NCBI GenBank assembly: GCA_964652895.1
Contig: CAZZCH010000007.1
Span: 1 to 63,148, forward strand
Reading direction: 5' to 3'
Length of the DNA: 63,148 nt
Source: an uncultured Eubacteriales bacterium
Lineage (GTDB): Bacteria > Acidobacteriota > Aminicenantia > Aminicenantales > Saccharicenantaceae
Shown in pieces: positions 60,525-63,148 of this stretch. Under the pieces are notes generated by a model. The model ran no database searches, was not told the DNA's origin, and saw only the letters and a program-made list of their open reading frames with translations. The stretch's first letter is position 1. Every line of letters starts with the position of its first letter. Made by a program: the position numbers and the translations under genes.

Positions 60525-61112
60525 ATGATCGAGAGTCTGTACATCTCAAAATCTCGTATCAGGCGGGAATTGCTCGCACTTTTCTACACGAACCCGGACC
60601 GGACTTACTATCTCCGGGAGCTAAGCCGTCTTCTCGAATGCTCTGTCGGGAGCCTGCGGAGGGAGTTGCTGAGGTTTCAAGAGGATGGGCTATTCCTGTC
60701 CGAGAGAAAAGGAAACCTCGTCTTTTATTCTCTCAACACGGGCCATCCGCTCTATGGGGAAATGAAGAGCATCGTCGCCAAGACGGTCGGGGTTGTTGGC
60801 AGTTTAAAGCAGGCTCTCAAATCGGTGCTTTGCGTTAAGGTAGCTTTTATTTATGGTTCATTTGCCTCCAACCGTGAGAATCCGACCAGTGACATCGACG
60901 TCTTTATTATTGGAGACGCGAGTTTGATGGAACTATCCAAGGTCCTCCGCAGTGTCCAGAAAAGGCTCATGCGCGAAATCAATCCGACGCTTTATTCTCG
61001 TGATGAATATCTCAAAAGAAAAGCGGAAGGGGGAGGGGGAGGGGGAGGGTTTATCGAGGACATTCTCTCAAAACCTAAAATCATGCTTATAGGCGATATG
61101 GATGACCTCTGA
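60525..61112 (+). CDS. wHTH-minimal nucleotidyltransferase (MNT) antitoxin-like protein
   Basis: N-terminal wHTH; IYGSFA...SDIDVFII. Confidence 0.88.
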   Translation: MIESLYISKSRIRRELLALFYTNPDRTYYLRELSRLLECSVGSLRRELLRFQEDGLFLSERKGNLVFYSLNTGHPLYGEMKSIVAKTVGVVGSLKQALKSVLCVKVAFIYGSFASNRENPTSDIDVFIIGDASLMELSKVLRSVQKRLMREINPTLYSRDEYLKRKAEGGGGGGGFIEDILSKPKIMLIGDMDDL

Positions 61113-61572
61113 ATTAGGCCTCAAGGAATTGATGAAACGCGGCTCCATCAAGCCGTGCCCAGCAGATCATCGGGCCGCCGCCAACCTGATCCGTCGAGCA
61201 TCGACGGACTTACTGACGGCCGAGAGAAATCTCGATGTTGATCCCGAGTGTGCTTTCACCTATTCCTATACGGCCATGATGCGCTCGGGACTTGCCCTCA
61301 TGTTCAGCCGTGGATACAGGCCGGTCGCTGTCAACAAACACCAGACGATCGTCCAATTCGTGTCGGCCTCGACGGACCCAGAGGATGAACATATATTCAG
61401 CGCTTTCGACCTATTGAGAAACAAGAGAAATAAATTCATTTACGAGCCAGATCTCCCCTGCTCATATACGGAAGCTAAAGAGGCCTTGGAAATTGCAAGA
61501 CTATTCGTTGAGGTTCTAGCCGGGGCTATCAATTCGAAGAAGGGCCAAGGCCGGCTCGGCTTTGGCGAATAA
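61102..61572 (+). CDS. HEPN-domain protein
   Basis: Overlaps the MNT gene; SYTAM, H.TIV.F, RNKRNKFIY. Confidence 0.78.
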   Translation: MTSELGLKELMKRGSIKPCPADHRAAANLIRRASTDLLTAERNLDVDPECAFTYSYTAMMRSGLALMFSRGYRPVAVNKHQTIVQFVSASTDPEDEHIFSAFDLLRNKRNKFIYEPDLPCSYTEAKEALEIARLFVEVLAGAINSKKGQGRLGFGE

Positions 61573-61650
61573 CAGGGGACGGCGGGGGCCTTCCGCCACG
61601 CGCCCGCTTCTCGTCCGTTGCCGCGCGCTCTCTCAATCGGCTCTTGCCCT

Positions 61651-63097
61651 CTAGAAATTCGCGATGATCGGGCCGAGCCCCGCGGCCGTGAGCGTCTTGT
61701 TGAAGGCCGGGATCGTCTCGGCGACGAGCTTGTCGAAGGCGGCCCGGGCATCGGCCAAGCGCTTTTTCAGGATGTCGTAGACTTCGAGCTGCTGGCTCGT
61801 CGGGCCGAAGTCCTCCGTGTTGCGGATGTCGCCCGCGCCCGAGCCGACCTCGCCCGCGAACCAGATGAGTTTCTGGTAAATGGCCATTTCTTCGCGATAG
61901 GACTTCGGGTCGGAGGCCAGGAGCTGGTCTTCGAGGAACAGCCGCTCGACCGCCCTCAGTTTGCCGTGAGTTTCGGTCAGGGCGCCGAGCATGGCCCGGC
62001 CGTCCTTGGCCCGGGCCAGGATCTTGCGCAGGTCTTCCATCTGCCGGCCGGCCCACTCGATCCGGTTGATGATGCCCACGACCTCGTTGATATCCTGGAT
62101 CGCCGCCGACCAGAGCCGGGTCATGGCCCGGATGTCTTCCGGCGTGCCTTGCGAATTCGGGTCCTTGATAACCTCGAGCTTTTGCTCGTGGGTCTTGCCG
62201 GCCACGGTCAGCTTGACGGCGTAGAGCCCGGGAGGCGCCAGGACGCCGACGAGCGGCTGCTGCATCCCCCAGTGGCTGACGGGCCGCGTCTCGCGGCCGC
62301 GGAACCTCTTCTCCTCCCAGACGTGCGTGTGATAATCCGGCGTCGTCCGAAGCTCCACCTGGGGGACAGGCTCGCCCCTCAGGTTCCAGGTGACCCGGTT
62401 CAACCCCTTGACCGCCGGGGCCCTCAGGGTTCGGACTTTCGCTCCGCTTTCATCGAAGATCTCGAGCGTCGCCCCGCCGGGCACGGCTTCGGCCAGGAAG
62501 AAGTTCAACCCCGCCCCGCTCTGCCCTCCCCGCCCGCGTCCGCCGCCGATTTGGCCAGGGGCGCTGTCGATCGCCTGCCGGGGCTTGAACCGGTAGACCG
62601 GACGGGGCTTGAGGAAAACTCCCCCCCGTCCGTATTCACGGAGCGGCGAGATGTCGTCGAGGATCCAGATGCCCCGACCGTTCGTCCCGACGACCAGGTC
62701 GCCGAAACGCTCCTGGACGGCGATCCAGGTGACGCAGGCCTGCGGCAGATTGGCCTGGAGCGGGAGCCACGACGCGCCGTCGTCGACCGAGAAGTAGATG
62801 GCGTTGGCCGTCCCTGCGAAGAGGAGGCCCTTGCGGACCGGGTCTTCCTTGATGGCGCTCGTGTAGCTCAGCGACGAGCGCGGGATCCCGGCGTCGATCC
62901 GCGTCCAGGTCTTGCCGAAGTCCGCGGTTTTAAAGAGATACGGATCGCGGACGTTTTCCTGGTGCCCGTCGACGGCGACGTAGCAGCGGCCCGCCTCGAA
63001 GCGCGAGGGTTCGATCATGCTGACCGTGCCCCAGTTGGGCATGGCCGTGGGCGTGACGTTCGTCCAGGTCTTGCCGCCGTCGCGGGTGACATGAATA
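61651..63097 (-). pseudogene. 3' half of a VPS10/BNR-repeat glycosyl hydrolase-like gene, truncated at its 5' side
   Basis: TRDGGKTW, TADFGKTW, SVDDGASW Asp-boxes, GTNGRGIW; homology-like sequence stops abruptly at 63097. Confidence 0.7.
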
Positions 63098-63148
63098 GGG
63101 CTTGTCCCAAGGTTACGTGATGGCATTTGACAAAGGCAAAAAAGAAGG
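63098..63148 (+). mobile_element. Probable IS terminus
   Basis: TA followed by GGGCTTGTCCCAAG, abrupt shift to AT-rich sequence, internal TTGACA; interrupts a gene. Confidence 0.45.

Overview
High-GC bacterial window. It is rich in secreted peptidases, glycoside hydrolases and beta-propeller proteins, which resembles Aminicenantes/Acidobacteriota (inference only). No rRNA, tRNA or CRISPR array was seen. All family assignments come from motif recognition, not database searches. Main contents: (1) a lower-GC defence island of about 13 kb (about 5.95-18.85 kb) in which a Type I R-M operon is interleaved with a DUF262/GmrSD-like gene, a stand-alone HAD hydrolase and darT-darG, followed by a PD-(D/E)XK-like and a GIY-YIG nuclease, with a decayed second hsdS 5' end just upstream of the HAD gene; (2) a tandem duplication at 39.7-45.1 kb that places two alternative cassettes of one locus side by side, one of them a two-gene unit encoding a Tat-exported beta-rich protein and a stand-alone YcaO with an atypical C-terminus, which is the best candidate for an undescribed system; (3) two ~115-125 bp multi-stem repeats bracketing a DEDDh exonuclease and an orphan brnA; (4) an active plus catalytically dead M14 peptidase pair, an ECF/anti-sigma unit, GH116, GH51, GH127, glpK-lipase, MerR-B12 radical SAM, an ABC exporter, YdbH/YdbL, EfpL, an MNT-HEPN pair and a probably IS-interrupted VPS10/BNR gene at the right edge.
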